From NCBI GenBank assembly GCA_951406725.2, contig OX597840.1:16554001-16618000 (forward strand): 64,000 bases of DNA, read 5' to 3'. The position numbers were made by a program, and so were the translations under genes. Below the pieces are notes generated by a model. That model was not told where the DNA came from and did no database searches. It saw nothing but the letters and a program-made list of their open reading frames with translations. This document shows positions 39,347-52,135 of this stretch, piece after piece (the stretch's first letter is position 1; each line of letters starts with the position of its first letter). Source of the DNA: Octopus vulgaris. Lineage: Eukaryota.

Positions 39347-39977
39347 ACCATTATAGGTGTCTACTCTTTGAACCCCTCTCTTCAATACGCTATTTCACCA
39401 TGCATTACCCCTCTCTCGATATCCTACGTTCTACTTGCCTAGAACCTGTCCTCTGAACCACCCCTCCCACTGGTGCTCCCCCATATTTCTGCACCCCCCC
39501 ACCACCATTATAGGTGTCTACTCTTTGAACCCCCTCTTCAATACGCTATTTCACCATGCATTACCCCTTTCTCGATATCCTACGTTCTACTTGCCTAGAA
39601 CCTGTCCTCTGAACCACCCCTCCCGCTGGTGCTCCCCTATATTTCTGCACCCCCACCACCACCATTATAGGTGTCTACTCTTTGAACCCCCTCTTCAATA
39701 CGCTATTTCACCATTTCACCATGCATTACCCCTCTCTCGATATCCTACGTTCTACTTGCCTAGAACCTGTCCTCTGAACCACCCCTCCCACTGGTGCTCC
39801 CCTATATTTCTGCACCCCCACCACCATTATAGGTGTCTACTCTTTGAACCCCCCTCTTCAATACGCTATTTCACCATGCATTACCCCTCTCTCGATATCC
39901 TACGTTCTACTTGCCTATTACCTGTCCTCTGAACCACCCCTCCCACTGGTGCTCCCCTATATTTCTGCACCCCCCCA
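39347..39977. repeat. ~157-bp tandem repeat, 4 copies
   Basis: caccattataggtgtctactctttgaacccc recurs at about 39347, 39504, 39660 and 39822. Confidence 0.95.
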
Positions 39978-40216
39978 TAAAAAAAAGCACCATCCGAACG
40001 TGGCCGATGCCAGACCCCTCTGGCACCTGTGCAGGTGGCACGTAAAAAACACCCACTACACTCGCGGAGTGGTTGGCGTTAGGAAGGGCATCCAGCTGTA
40101 GAAACACTGCCAGACTAGACTGGAGCCTGGGGCAGTCCCGAGCTCTCCAGACCCCGGTCGAAACCGTCCAACCCGTGCTAGCGCGGAAAACGGACGTTAA
40201 ACGATGATGATGATGA

Positions 40217-40270
<54 letters not shown>

Positions 40271-40272
<2 letters not shown>

Positions 40273-40558
40273 AGGCGCAATGGCCCAGTGGTTAGGGCAG
40301 CGGACTCGCGGTCGTAGGATCGCGGTTTCGATTCCCAGACCGGGCGTTGTGTGTGATTATTGAGCGAAAACACCTAAAAGCTCCACGACGCTCCGGCAGG
40401 GGGTGGTGATCCCTGCTATACTCTTTCACCACTCTTTCTCTTACTCTTTCGTCTGTTGGCCTGCTCGCTTAGCCAGCGGGGTGGTGTCATTCGAAGTATG
40501 TAGCATTCGAAGTGTGTAGCAACAACTGATGGTCTGGTCGGTCACGTCATCATGTGAT
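40271..40558 (+). mobile_element. tRNA-derived SINE family D
   Basis: ggaggcgcaatggcccagtggttaggg...ggtttcgattcc head. Reverse copy at 50692-50994. Confidence 0.85.
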
Positions 40559-40667
40559 ATATATATATATACAGCGGGCTTCTTTCAGATTCAGACTTCT
40601 TCTTCAGTTTCAGATTGCTAAAATGAAGTGATAAGCCCGCATATAACATCCAAAGGTACATCTTTTT

Positions 40668-40764
40668 CCTTCTGATGAAATTATATTCATTTCACATAAA
40701 TGTAAATTTAATGTACAAATTTGTAATTAAATCATTGAGCATTAATTGAAACAGCTGTAAGAAG
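40668..40764 (+). ncRNA. Hammerhead-like motif with long AU-rich stem II
   Basis: CUGAUGA(40672-78)-AAUUA...UAAUU-GAAA(40748-51)-CAGCUG-UA-AGAAG. Palindromic stem III ACAGCUGU. Stem I is imperfect (apparent 2-nt deletion). Confidence 0.5.
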
Positions 40765-41186
40765 CGAAGGTGACCAATTTGTTAATAATAAACAATTATT
40801 AACTTCCTTATCTTCATTTCCTTTTCTTCTTTTAAATGGATATAAGATATAAGCTTTATATATACCTATTGTTTTAAGGGAATTTCATTACCCAAAATTA
40901 CTAGGTATTGAACCAATATTTCCTTGGATGCAAGCATCCCTTCACGTGGTTAGCATATCCACTGACCAAATTTAAACATACAAACATACACATACACACA
41001 CACACACACATACACACGCATATACACATACACGCAAACACGTATCTGAAACAGATTAAAATGTCCAGCTGACATCTATAAAACACTCAATGTTGATCGG
41101 ACTTGGTTAACTCTATCCAACAATATGTATGTATATGCTTGTGCGTATTTATGTTTGAATGTAAGTGTAGAATATGTTTACACATG

Positions 41187-41281
<95 letters not shown>

Positions 41282-41448
41282 CATGTTGCCTCCCATATTT
41301 GGTTATCTGCCAATTGATTTAGTTCCAACTTTATCCAATTCTCCATCGTCGTATTTTACAATCCCAACAGTTCGGTCAATACGACGACCAACTTCATCAC
41401 AGACTAAAGTGCAACGTTTGCTTGTCATACCACCCATCTCCGCTCCAC

Positions 41449-41510
<62 letters not shown>

Positions 41511-41614
41511 CTCACAGAGGTTGGAGCCTCTGTGCAAGGCATGGCCAAACTTTTCCAAGAAGCAGGCTGCATGTGATAAGGCTCATCATCCGGCAAGCCG
41601 AACTACAAACAAAA

Positions 41615-41915
41615 CTCAACGTAACTTTTTCATTGTGCACGCAAATAAGATAGTCCCGTGGAATGCAGTTAACGAATTCTAGATCCACGCTGTAATAAAA
41701 ACGGACAGAAAGATATTCCTCAATTGTTTCTCTTTTGGTTCATGAACTTTTGTATTCTCTTTTTCAATATCTAATCACGAGCCAGGAGGACACGTGATTT
41801 GAAGAATGTCTTTCTGTCGGTTTTAGCACTTCTTATGACCGCGTGGATCTAGGATCAGTAAACTGTGTTTCACGAGATTACCTTATTTGTGCGAACAATG
41901 AAAAATTACCTTGAA
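41615..41915. mobile_element. Diverged MITE-like inverted repeat
   Basis: ttttcattgt.c.c.caaataag...ctagatccacgc...gacagaaaga versus tctttctgtc...gcgtggatctag...cttatttgtgcgaacaatgaaaa. Confidence 0.65.
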
Positions 41916-42371
41916 TTTTATTATCAATTATAATTGATAGTGGTACCCCTTTACAGCTAGACAGACAGAGTGCGTCTACTGTAGAATGCTTCTACAGTGT
42001 TACTCAATCTACTAAAAGTAATACATCAAATCGAATCTCAAAGCAAACATAGAAGCGTTGCCGACAAAATGAAATGGAAAATAACACGCAAAAAGGCTGC
42101 GTGGGTAAGAAGCTCGTTTCACAAGCAAGTGGTTTCGGGTTCACAGCCCCTGCGCGGTGCCTTGGGCAAGTCTCTTCTACAATAGTCCCGGACCAATGAA
42201 TGCCTTGTGAATAAAATTGGTTGTCAGAAACCATGAGAAACGTGTGGTAACCCATCATATATATATAGAGAGAGAGTTGGAATTTACAAAAACAAAACAA
42301 AACAAAAGACGAAGACGGGTGTGTAAACAACAAACAGATGTATTAGTTTAACGCTCGGGAAGTGAGAAAGT

Positions 42372-42407
42372 CTTTTACGTTTCGAGCCTTCGCTCTTCAA
42401 CAGAAAG
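42372..42407 (-). ncRNA. Variant minimal hammerhead (CUGUUGA core) in a dispersed repeat
   Basis: CUUU-CUGUUGAA-GAGC GAAG GCUC-GAAA-CG-UA-AAAG. Same family at 50343-50378(+), 51933-51968(+), about 18450-18490(-) and about 15420-15460(-). Confidence 0.5.
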
Positions 42408-42809
42408 AAACATAGAAATAAGCAGAGAAAAAAAAGGTTTAGTGGCTAGCGATCAGTCTTGGCGAATGCTGGACAGAAGAGGTCAGACAGGAGAGATAAA
42501 AAGAAGGGGAGATAAAAATTACTAGAGTTTCCTTCACAGCTTCGCTTTCCATATATGTATATGTGTGTATGTATGTAGGTGTTCCTGTATGTATATGTGT
42601 TAATATGTTTATGCATATATGTATATGCTTATGTGTATGTATTTATTTTGAATGCATCCATCAAAACATGTCGATGATATGACGATATAAATGATTTAAT
42701 AACATCTTGAACATTTGTTTCCTTTTTCAATTTTTCGTATATATATATATATATATATAGATAGATAGATAGATAGGTATACGCACACACATTCATATGT
42801 ATATATGGT

Positions 42810-43232
42810 TTGCCAATTTGCTGAGGCAGTTATGAAAGGCTATCAAAACCAAACGCCCAGGGCTCTTGTTTCTTTAGGACAATGCACCAACACAAGTCTT
42901 TGGTTTCAATGGCTGCAGTGAGTGACCGTAGCATTGAATTGGTTGATCACTCACCCTAGTCTCCTCCCACCTGACGATGATCTGTTCCTCAACATGAGAA
43001 AAAAAAGCACGTGATTGGGAACCAGTATCGCGGTGATGATGACGTCATATCTGCTGTTGACTTTTTTGAGCAACAGTATGAAAGCCTCTTCTCCAATGGG
43101 AGCCAAGCACTGCTACACCGATGGAATGATTGTGTGGACTACAGAGGGGACAATGTTGAAAAGTACACCTGATTGGTCAGATTCCGTGAGAATATCTTGA
43201 TCAGCTTATGAAGTTTTCAGCCAACCGGCGTA
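42810..43232 (+). pseudogene. mariner transposase C-terminal remnant with TIR
   Basis: DNAP, ELVDHSP.SP, DLFLNMRK, RWNDCVDYRGDNVEK, then gcttatgaagttttcagccaaccggcgTA. Confidence 0.75.
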
Positions 43233-43878
43233 TATGTTTGCATGTATGTATGTATGTATGTATGTATGTATGTATGTATGTATGTATGTATGTATGTATG
43301 TATGTATGTATGTATGTATATATGTATGTATGTATGTGTGTATGTATGCATGTGTGTATGTATGTATGTATAGTATGTATGTATAGTTATGTATGTATGT
43401 ATGTATGTATGTATGTATGTATGTGTGTATGTATGTATGTATGTATGTATGTATGTATGTATGTATGTATGTATGAATGTATGTGTGTATGTATGCATGT
43501 ATGTATGTATGTATGTGTGTATGGAAATAGCAGCCAAATCTCCCTATAAACACACTCTATCATGTTAAATCAAAAAGGGAGAAAGCGCGAGCGAATAAGA
43601 GATTCTATCGTAGTTTAGTTGATATACCTGTTGTGGAATATGAACCAGCGACCTCTCCGATTATCTGATTCCCTACTGAGTTTCCGTTTGACTTAATTAT
43701 ATAAAGTGCTCGTACCATTATGGCTTCGAAAAGTACACTGACAAAGGAAACAATGCCCGTATACGTGTACATATGACACACATACACATATACATATGTA
43801 TATACAAGTTTATACGCATATATATACGCTCATATGCATTTATGTGTTTGTATATATTTATGTATATGTACATATATG

Positions 43879-43951
<73 letters not shown>

Positions 43952-43963
43952 AGAGGCGAGCAT

Positions 43964-43970
<7 letters not shown>

Positions 43971-43996
<26 letters not shown>

Positions 43997-44102
43997 ACCA
44001 TTTTCTATATCTCTGTCCGTGTTGGTGGCATTTTTGTTGAAGAACAATAAACAACAAAACAACAGATGTCCATACACACACACATACACATATGCATGCA
44101 CT

Positions 44103-44139
<37 letters not shown>

Positions 44140-44280
44140 GTGTGTGTGTGTGTGTATGTATATATATATATATGTATATATATGTGTGTGTGTGTGTGTG
44201 TATGGACATCTGTTGTTTTGTTTTGTTTATTGTTCTTCAACAAAAATGCCACCAACACGGACAGAGATATAGAAAATGGT

Positions 44281-44310
<30 letters not shown>
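43971..44310. repeat. Near-perfect inverted duplication around a (CA)/(TA)/(TG) centre
   Basis: 43994-44075 is the reverse complement of 44198-44284, extended outward by (GA)n/(TC)n. Confidence 0.9.
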
Positions 44311-44318
<8 letters not shown>

Positions 44319-44484
44319 AATAGCGTTTCTCTACATAATTAACGAGGTTTTGTATTTCAGTCATTTCTGTGTGGTTCCAATAAACCAACACTAGTTATTT
44401 ATTAATTAATGAAGTTCATTAAGTCTTTAATCACTTCAGATGACAACCGGTTCATCATTTAGGACAAAAAATATCCATTAGGAT

Positions 44485-44522
<38 letters not shown>

Positions 44523-44565
44523 AGGGAGAGGGGAAAAGAGAAAGAGAAAAAAGAACAATTATCAT

Positions 44566-45850
44566 TCGGACATTTATTAATGGACATCTGTGGTTAGACA
44601 TTTTTTGGTGGACATCTGTTGTTGGACTCTGTTGGTGAACATCTGTTGGCAGACACCTGTTGTTGGACATCTGTTGCACATCAGATGGTGGACACCTGTT
44701 GATCGATACCTGTTATTAGACATGTGTTGGTGGATATCTGTTGTTGGACATCTATTAGTGGGCATCTGTTGTTGGACGTCTGTTGTTGGTCGTCTGTTGT
44801 TGGTCGTCTGTTGTTCGATGTCTGTTGTTGGTCGTCTGTTGTTGGATGTCTGTTTTTGGTCGTCTGTTGTTGGATGTCTGTTGTTGGACGTCTGTTGGTG
44901 GACATCTGCTTTGGATATGTTGTTGTACAACTGCTGGCGGACACCTATTGATTGACATCTGTTAGACTTATGTTGGTGGACATCTGTGGTTGGACACCTA
45001 TGAGTGGATATCTCTTGATGTACATCTATTGGTGGACGTCTGCTGGTGGCCATCTGTTGTTAGGCGTTTGTTGCTGGACAGCAGTTGGACAGTTATTGGT
45101 GGTTTTCTGTTGATGAACATCTCTTGTTGAACGTCTGTTGCTGGATATCTGTTGTTGGATGTCTGTTGTCGGACGTCCGTTGGTGGACATCTGCTTTTGG
45201 GCACCTGTTGTTGGACATCTGCTTTTGGGCACCTGTTGTTGGACATCTGGGGTGGGCATCTGCTGTTGTACATCTGTTGTTGGACATTTGTTGGAGGATA
45301 TCTGTTGATGAACATGTGTTGGTGGATATTTTTTATTGGAATATTTGTCTGCTGCCGGACATCTGTTGATGGACGTCTGTTAATAGCTGTCCGTTGTTGG
45401 ATGTCTGCTATTGGACAAGTGTTGTTAAAAAAAATCCCCAAAATGTTTTATTATACAAGTGTTATTAGATGTCTGTCATTGCAGAGCTGGTATTAGACGT
45501 TTTTTAATGGATCAACCGTCATTCAATATCTGCTGTTGTATGTCTGTTATTGTACGTTAGTTATCAGTCATCTGTTATAAAGTAACTGCATTAATAACTA
45601 TAATTAAATAACTGTTATTGGGTAATTGTAGTGACAATATCTTTTATTGACAACGGTTATTTAGCATACGTCATTAGATGTGTATTTTTGACAGCTGTCA
45701 TTTGACATAAGTAATTGGACGTCTGTTGTTGATAGCGGTTATTTGGCATGAGTTATTGGACACCTGTCATTGAAACAGTTGTTTAAAGTAAGTTATTGGA
45801 CATCTCTGATACGGAAACAATTCATGGACAAATATTATCAAACAGCTGAC
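44566..45850. repeat. Degenerate ~14-bp satellite (ggacatctgttgtt)n
   Basis: Many dozens of variants of gttggacatctgtt, decaying towards 45850. Confidence 0.85.
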
Positions 45851-46029
45851 ATTCAACAACAATAGTTATATGTCGCCTATTGCTCACAACTGCCAAGAGA
45901 AACCTTCATGATTTGCTACTGTTATTGGCCGTCTGTTCACACATTTGATTATTAGACAAAGCAAAATTTACAGTGGTCAACAACGACGACGACGATAATA
46001 GCAGCAGCTACAACACCACCACCAGCAAC

Positions 46030-46654
46030 AGCAGTGGTTAAGGCAGCGGTCGTAAGAATGCGGTTTCGATTCCCAGACCGGGTATTTTGAGTGTTTATTG
46101 AGCAAAAACACTTAAGCTCCACAAGGCTCCAGCGGGGTGGTGCGGGGTGAACCCCGCTGCACTCTTTCGCCACAACTTTCTCTCACTCTTTCTTCCTACT
46201 TCTGCCACAAAGCAGAGGAACCTTGGTGTAACCCACTATGGGGTGGTAAACTTTCAGACCCTAGTCTAGATTACGAATCCTCTGTACCCAAGGATGGTTC
46301 AGCTCTCCACCCGTTAAAAGCCACCGTTTACAGAATGAGAATAACAACGTAGCTTTCGTGCCCATGCAACCACCAGTCTATTGCGTGTGGTGGGTGGATC
46401 TTCAAGTTGCCACACGCATTCTTAGTAGCTGGGAGTAGGCTCGAATTAGAGATTATTCTTTGTGACTAATGGCGTGAATCCTGATTGGAAGAAGAAGAAG
46501 AAGAAGAAGAAGAAGAAGAAGAAGAAGAAGATGAAGAAGAAGAAGAAGAAGAAGAAGAAGAAGAAGAAGAAGAAGAAGAAGAAGAAGAAGAAGAAGAAGA
46601 AGAAGAAGAAGAAGAAGAAGAAGAAGAAGAAGAAGAAGAAGAAGAAGAAGAAGA
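46030..46654 (+). mobile_element. SINE with family-D head/core and a different tail ending (GAA)n
   Basis: Reverse copy at 59849-60362. Confidence 0.8.
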
Positions 46655-47089
46655 TCAACAACAGACGGACAGAAGTGCAACAGCTTAGACCTAGAAGCAA
46701 CGAGGCTTGATCTCTGCAGTCGCTCGACATGCTAAAAGTAGCAGTCAAACCTTTCTAAACACATTCTACCATCTTAAAAAAAGAATGACGCATGTAATAA
46801 TGTAACGCCAGGGATACTTTCCCGGTGAAATTAGTCAGACTGAAGTAGTTTGTTAAGCTGCAGAAAGAGTCAAGCTTGCGGCTCAAATAGAACCGCTGCG
46901 TTTCAGAACGAGGTTAAACTGTGTCATGACCCCCCTCAAAAAAAAAAACAACAAAAACAAAAACCGCTCATACACTGTTAGCAACGTTTGTATATATTGT
47001 ATCTTTATACAAACACACATATACATATACGTATACACATACACACACAAATATACAACCATATATACACATATATATGCACATATATA

Positions 47090-47205
<116 letters not shown>

Positions 47206-47626
47206 TTATCTATTTCAGAGTGGAACGAATTTTATCGATCAATTTGTGTCGAAGAACTAATTTGAGGAACATAAATGGACATATAAACAGCGCCGGCTTT
47301 GAAACAAAAACATTGACGCACATACATGCACACACATATACATACTATACGTGTGTGTGTGTGTGTGTGTGTACACACACACAGATGTTCCCGCACGTAC
47401 ATACGTGCCTACATATAATTAATCTATTCAGAACAACGTATATGGATGTAGCCACAAAGGACAGATGAAAGCGAAAGAAAATTGAGTCACCACTTAGTCA
47501 GTTTCGTCCGCCTTTCATGTCTCCTTTGTGACTTACATCCACACACGGTTTCAAAGTACGACCAGATGTATATGCAATCCGAGATTAGCACTCGACCAAC
47601 AATACAAAACAATATAAACACTGCGA

Positions 47627-47681
<55 letters not shown>

Positions 47682-48405
47682 TAATAATAATAATTTGATG
47701 ATGATGATGATGATGATGATAGTATTAATAATAGTAACATTGATATTAACAATATTAATACTAATAATATTAACAACAATAATAGTGATAACAAAAAGTA
47801 GTAGTAGTAGTAGTAGTAGTGGTAGTGGTAGTTTCTTTTATTTAAGTCAGTTACGTGTGATGAGGGGGACATTTCATGGACAGTTTTCAAATTTTTGTGA
47901 GTGTTTGCATAAAAGAAGCGGGAAAAGAAAGCGAGAAAAGGGGCTGGTTGTGAAATGTGGCATACGTATACACAGAATACAAAATATGCGACCAAATCAA
48001 TGAAGGGGTCCTTCTGATGCCGGAGAACCTCCAACTCACAGTTCTAGGATCACCTTGCACCAACAAGGCAAAAAGGTAAAGTTACCTTCTCGACTCATAA
48101 GGGCCGGTTTCCTGGATGGGACGCTGGTCCGTCGCAGGATTGCTCTCTTTTGCCAGCTGGGTGGAAAGGAGCAACGTGAAATGAAGATTTTGCTCAAAAA
48201 CATAGCACATCACATAGTCCAGGAATCGAAACCACAATCTTACGATGATGACTCTTACAACTTAACCACTAAGCCATGCGTCTCCACTGTTCACCAACAA
48301 GGTGACAAACCCTCATCTAGCTGTCCTCCAAGTTACAGTCACATGCTTAGGATCTATTTGCTCCAATTGTTATTGCCATCGTCCACCGTCTCACTAATTC
48401 ACTGG

Positions 48406-48453
<48 letters not shown>

Positions 48454-48493
48454 GAGATAGAGAAAGATATGAGAGAGAGAAATATATAGATAG

Positions 48494-48544
<51 letters not shown>

Positions 48545-49039
48545 GAGAGATATTAACAATATTAATACTAATAATATTAACAACAATAATATTATTGATA
48601 ATAATATGGATTTTCAAAATCCACTCTCTCTCTCTCTCTCTCGAGAGAGTGGATTTTGAAAAAGTTGATGATGGGGTTGACCGAAGTGGAAGTTGTTTTT
48701 CTGCAATCTTTTCATTCTCGTTCATCACACAACTTTTGTTGCCATAGCCACGAGACACTGCCTTGCCTTGTTACGGGTGGGTGGTGAAGCGACCCTCACA
48801 ATGGACTCGGCCGATTGTTGGATTCATCTTACATGCAACAACAGATGCTGGACATCTGCAACAGATGTTGATCTGCAATGCTCGGGCACTGCACGAGTGC
48901 ATGCAGTACGGTTTCGTCTCTCTCTCTCTCTCACACACACATTAAAATGGAGTAGTTTTAGTGAAGCATTGTAGGGTGGGACTCAATGTACAGATGGTGC
49001 GCACCAATCTGTCCATGAGTACATTTTTGTCGAGAAATA

Positions 49040-49495
49040 ATACTACCGATAGTATCGTGAGGTGTCCACTATCCAATTGCCCCATCAACAACGTTAAAAC
49101 GTGTTCGAGGGCCTATGTGGTGAATGAAGTAGTCTGAAGTAAGGAACACCACCAGGAAATTGCACATTCGAATAGAAAACATATACATTCAGATACTTCA
49201 ATAAAAAAAAACACCTAAAGAAGTGCAAGACCCAGGATTTTAAGGTATCCATCAGGGACACTTAACGCAACAGGGGAAATCTCAAAATCATGGAAACCTA
49301 ATCAATGATTTGAGACCAGCCATTAACAACAGGAAGGAACTACAAGAAGCAGACTGGTTACTATAGCAACACCAGTCTGCGCATATCACCTTTCTGCTGT
49401 TACCCACCCATCTGTGCAATGACTTCCCCATCCCTCGTTTTTTTTTTCAAATGTCCTGAAGCAGTTTATAACCCCGAAATATAGAAATAAAAAAT
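49040..49495 (+). pseudogene. Penelope-like element 3' remnant (GIY-YIG endonuclease and pLTR)
   Basis: Decayed CP..NCPINNVKTCSRAYVVNEVV...TTRKLHIRIE...KHLKKC...FKVSI...NLKIMET.INDLRPAINNRKE, followed by a degenerate ctgaag...cccgaaatatag and aataaa. Confidence 0.7.
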
Positions 49496-49729
49496 AAAAC
49501 TGCAACTTTGTTTTCTTTTGTTTTCCGTTCCTTTTTGCAGTTTACTTGGTACCTTTTCGTTTTCCTTCAGCATTACACTACAATTATATATTTATGCTAT
49601 AATTTAGAACAAACAGCAAAAGGTTGTCATTATAGTACTCGGAGTTTCGAATGTCGGAGCGAAGAGTTACGATACATTCTCGTCGGATATTAATGGCAAC
49701 AGACGCTATGAAAAACCGTTGCTACTTAT

Positions 49730-49760
<31 letters not shown>

Positions 49761-50342
49761 CAGTGGCGTATGGTGGTTGTTGTCATTGTGTGTGCTGCCA
49801 CACTGACCATACTATGGCTAACATTAGTATTACTCAAATTAGGCATACAATCTGTGTATTTCTATTCAAAATGCCGGCTCCAAAATGTAAATAATGTAAA
49901 CTTAATTCAATTGCGATATAGATTTATGACACTAAATAAACTGAATTAATAATACTCTATGAATTGTAAGCATTCTAAAATAAGCCATAATTTTCTTAGG
50001 TGCGCTCACAGAAAAATAAGAAACCATATAATTTTACTTATTTAAATTACTTATGTGTAAGTTCAATACACCACTTTGCTCCAACTTTTTTCAATTGAAA
50101 GTAAACCAAATCTTAATTTTAGTTCAGGAATTTCAAATTAATTCTCACCACGGAAACGAACATGCGACCGTGCTGTCAAAGCTGTCGTACACCCTTTGCA
50201 ATTTTCGATGGGTGTGCAGCGCAAAGCTAGCACATCCGGAATTTATATCCCTGATATACAGCCGTCATGATTGACCGCTAACTCCCAAATTTTTTTTATT
50301 CTCTCTCTCTCTCTCTCTCTCTCTGTTTATTTTCTCGTGTTC

Positions 50343-50378
50343 CTTTCTGTTGAAGAGCGTAGGCTCGAAACGTAAAAG
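50343..50378 (+). ncRNA. Variant minimal hammerhead (CUGUUGA core)
   Basis: CUUU-CUGUUGAA-GAGC GUAG GCUC-GAAA-CG-UA-AAAG. Confidence 0.5.
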
Positions 50379-50462
50379 ATTTTCTCACCTTCCTGAGCGT
50401 TAAACTAATAAAGTTGTTTGTTGTTTATACATGTCTTCGTCTTTTGTTTTTCTGTAAATTTC

Positions 50463-50496
<34 letters not shown>

Positions 50497-50580
50497 TATA
50501 TCAAAACCGAATATTGGAACATTTTGTTATTATGTATTCCATATTACATATGCTTTTTCTTACCTTTATGTGCTTACTCT

Positions 50581-50676
<96 letters not shown>

Positions 50677-50993
50677 GTGTGTGTGTGTATATATCACGTG
50701 ATCACGTGACCGACCAGACCATCAGATGTTTTACACATCGCTGGTCACAATGCGTTCGCATTGTTTTAGCCTTCGAATGACGCCACCCCGCTGGCTAAGC
50801 GAGCAGGCCAACAGAAGAAAGAGAGAGAGAAATAGTGGTGAAAGAGTACAGCAGGGATCACCACCCCTGCCAGAGCCTCGTGGAGCTTTTAGGTGTTTTC
50901 GCTCAATAAACACTCACAACGCCCGGTCTGGGAATCGAAACCGCGATCCTACGACCGCGAGTCCGCTGCCCTAACCACTAGGCCATTGCGCCT

Positions 50994-51028
<35 letters not shown>

Positions 51029-51031
51029 GAT

Positions 51032-51130
<99 letters not shown>

Positions 51131-51177
51131 CATATATATACACATATATATTTGATACTGATTAGAAGATCGAAAAT

Positions 51178-51220
51178 CCACCTGAAGATTGTCTGAGCAG
51201 ACATGAAACATTTGTAGTGG
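51178..51220 (+). ncRNA. Type I hammerhead ribozyme motif
   Basis: CCAC-CUGAAGA-U UGUCU GAGC AGACA U-GAAA-C AUUU G-UA-GUGG, GUA site after 51216. Confidence 0.65.
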
Positions 51221-51382
51221 CGGTTTATTTAATTTATATTAAAATTTTATGTTTTGATTAAGTCTTTCCTTGTTTGGTTTTAAAATAGTGGTTTTGTCTC
51301 GAATTATATTATATAATATTTTACTATAAAATTGGATTTAACCCTAAATCTGATTTTTCCCTGTAATTTTGGATTCATTCCC

Positions 51383-51454
<72 letters not shown>

Positions 51455-51456
51455 CA

Positions 51457-51489
<33 letters not shown>

Positions 51490-51982
51490 AGAAAAACTTA
51501 TAAGAAATCTCCTATTAACAATTTATCGGATGAATATCAATTACGAGATTTTTTTAATAATTGTAATGTTTTCTACGTGTTTACCAATGTAACTCGTACT
51601 GGTAAAAAAAAAAAGACAAATGTAATATAGAATGTATAATAAGAAGATGCTCCAGTTTTTAGTATAAAATTACTCTGCAAGAAATACTTTCCAGTATGTA
51701 TCTATTTTCTCCAGTGTGTTTTCAATTCTCATATGGCTTATGATGTTTATGGATAAATATACTTTGGAGAACGGGAATATGCAGAAATACTTCTTGAAGA
51801 CACAGCTTGGATCATCTCTCTGTCTACACACACACACACACACTCGTGTGTGTGTATATACACATATACACACATGATAGATCGCAAGCCACTAAACCTT
51901 TTTTTTTTCTCTCCCTGTTTATTTCTATGTTCCTTTCAGTCGATGAGCGAAGGCTCGAAACGTAAAAGACTTTCTCACTTCC

Positions 51983-52028
<46 letters not shown>

Positions 52029-52135
52029 AAAACCGCTTTTTCATAAAGCATATTACTCTACCTCTTGTATTCGAGTTTATTTTCCCACCTTGTTTCGCAT
52101 TTATGTACTTACTCTGGTATATATATATACTCTTT

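Noticed and set aside
40271-40345. Functional tRNA gene
   Set aside because: A and B boxes are present, but the acceptor stem is not formed and the sequence runs into a SINE body. The same applies to the other SINE heads.
44455-45496. Gln/Thr-rich repetitive ORFs
   Set aside because: The 14-bp unit is not a multiple of three, frames break repeatedly, and there is no splice evidence.
46446-46748. Poly-K/E/F/L ORFs
   Set aside because: This is the (GAA)n tail of a SINE.
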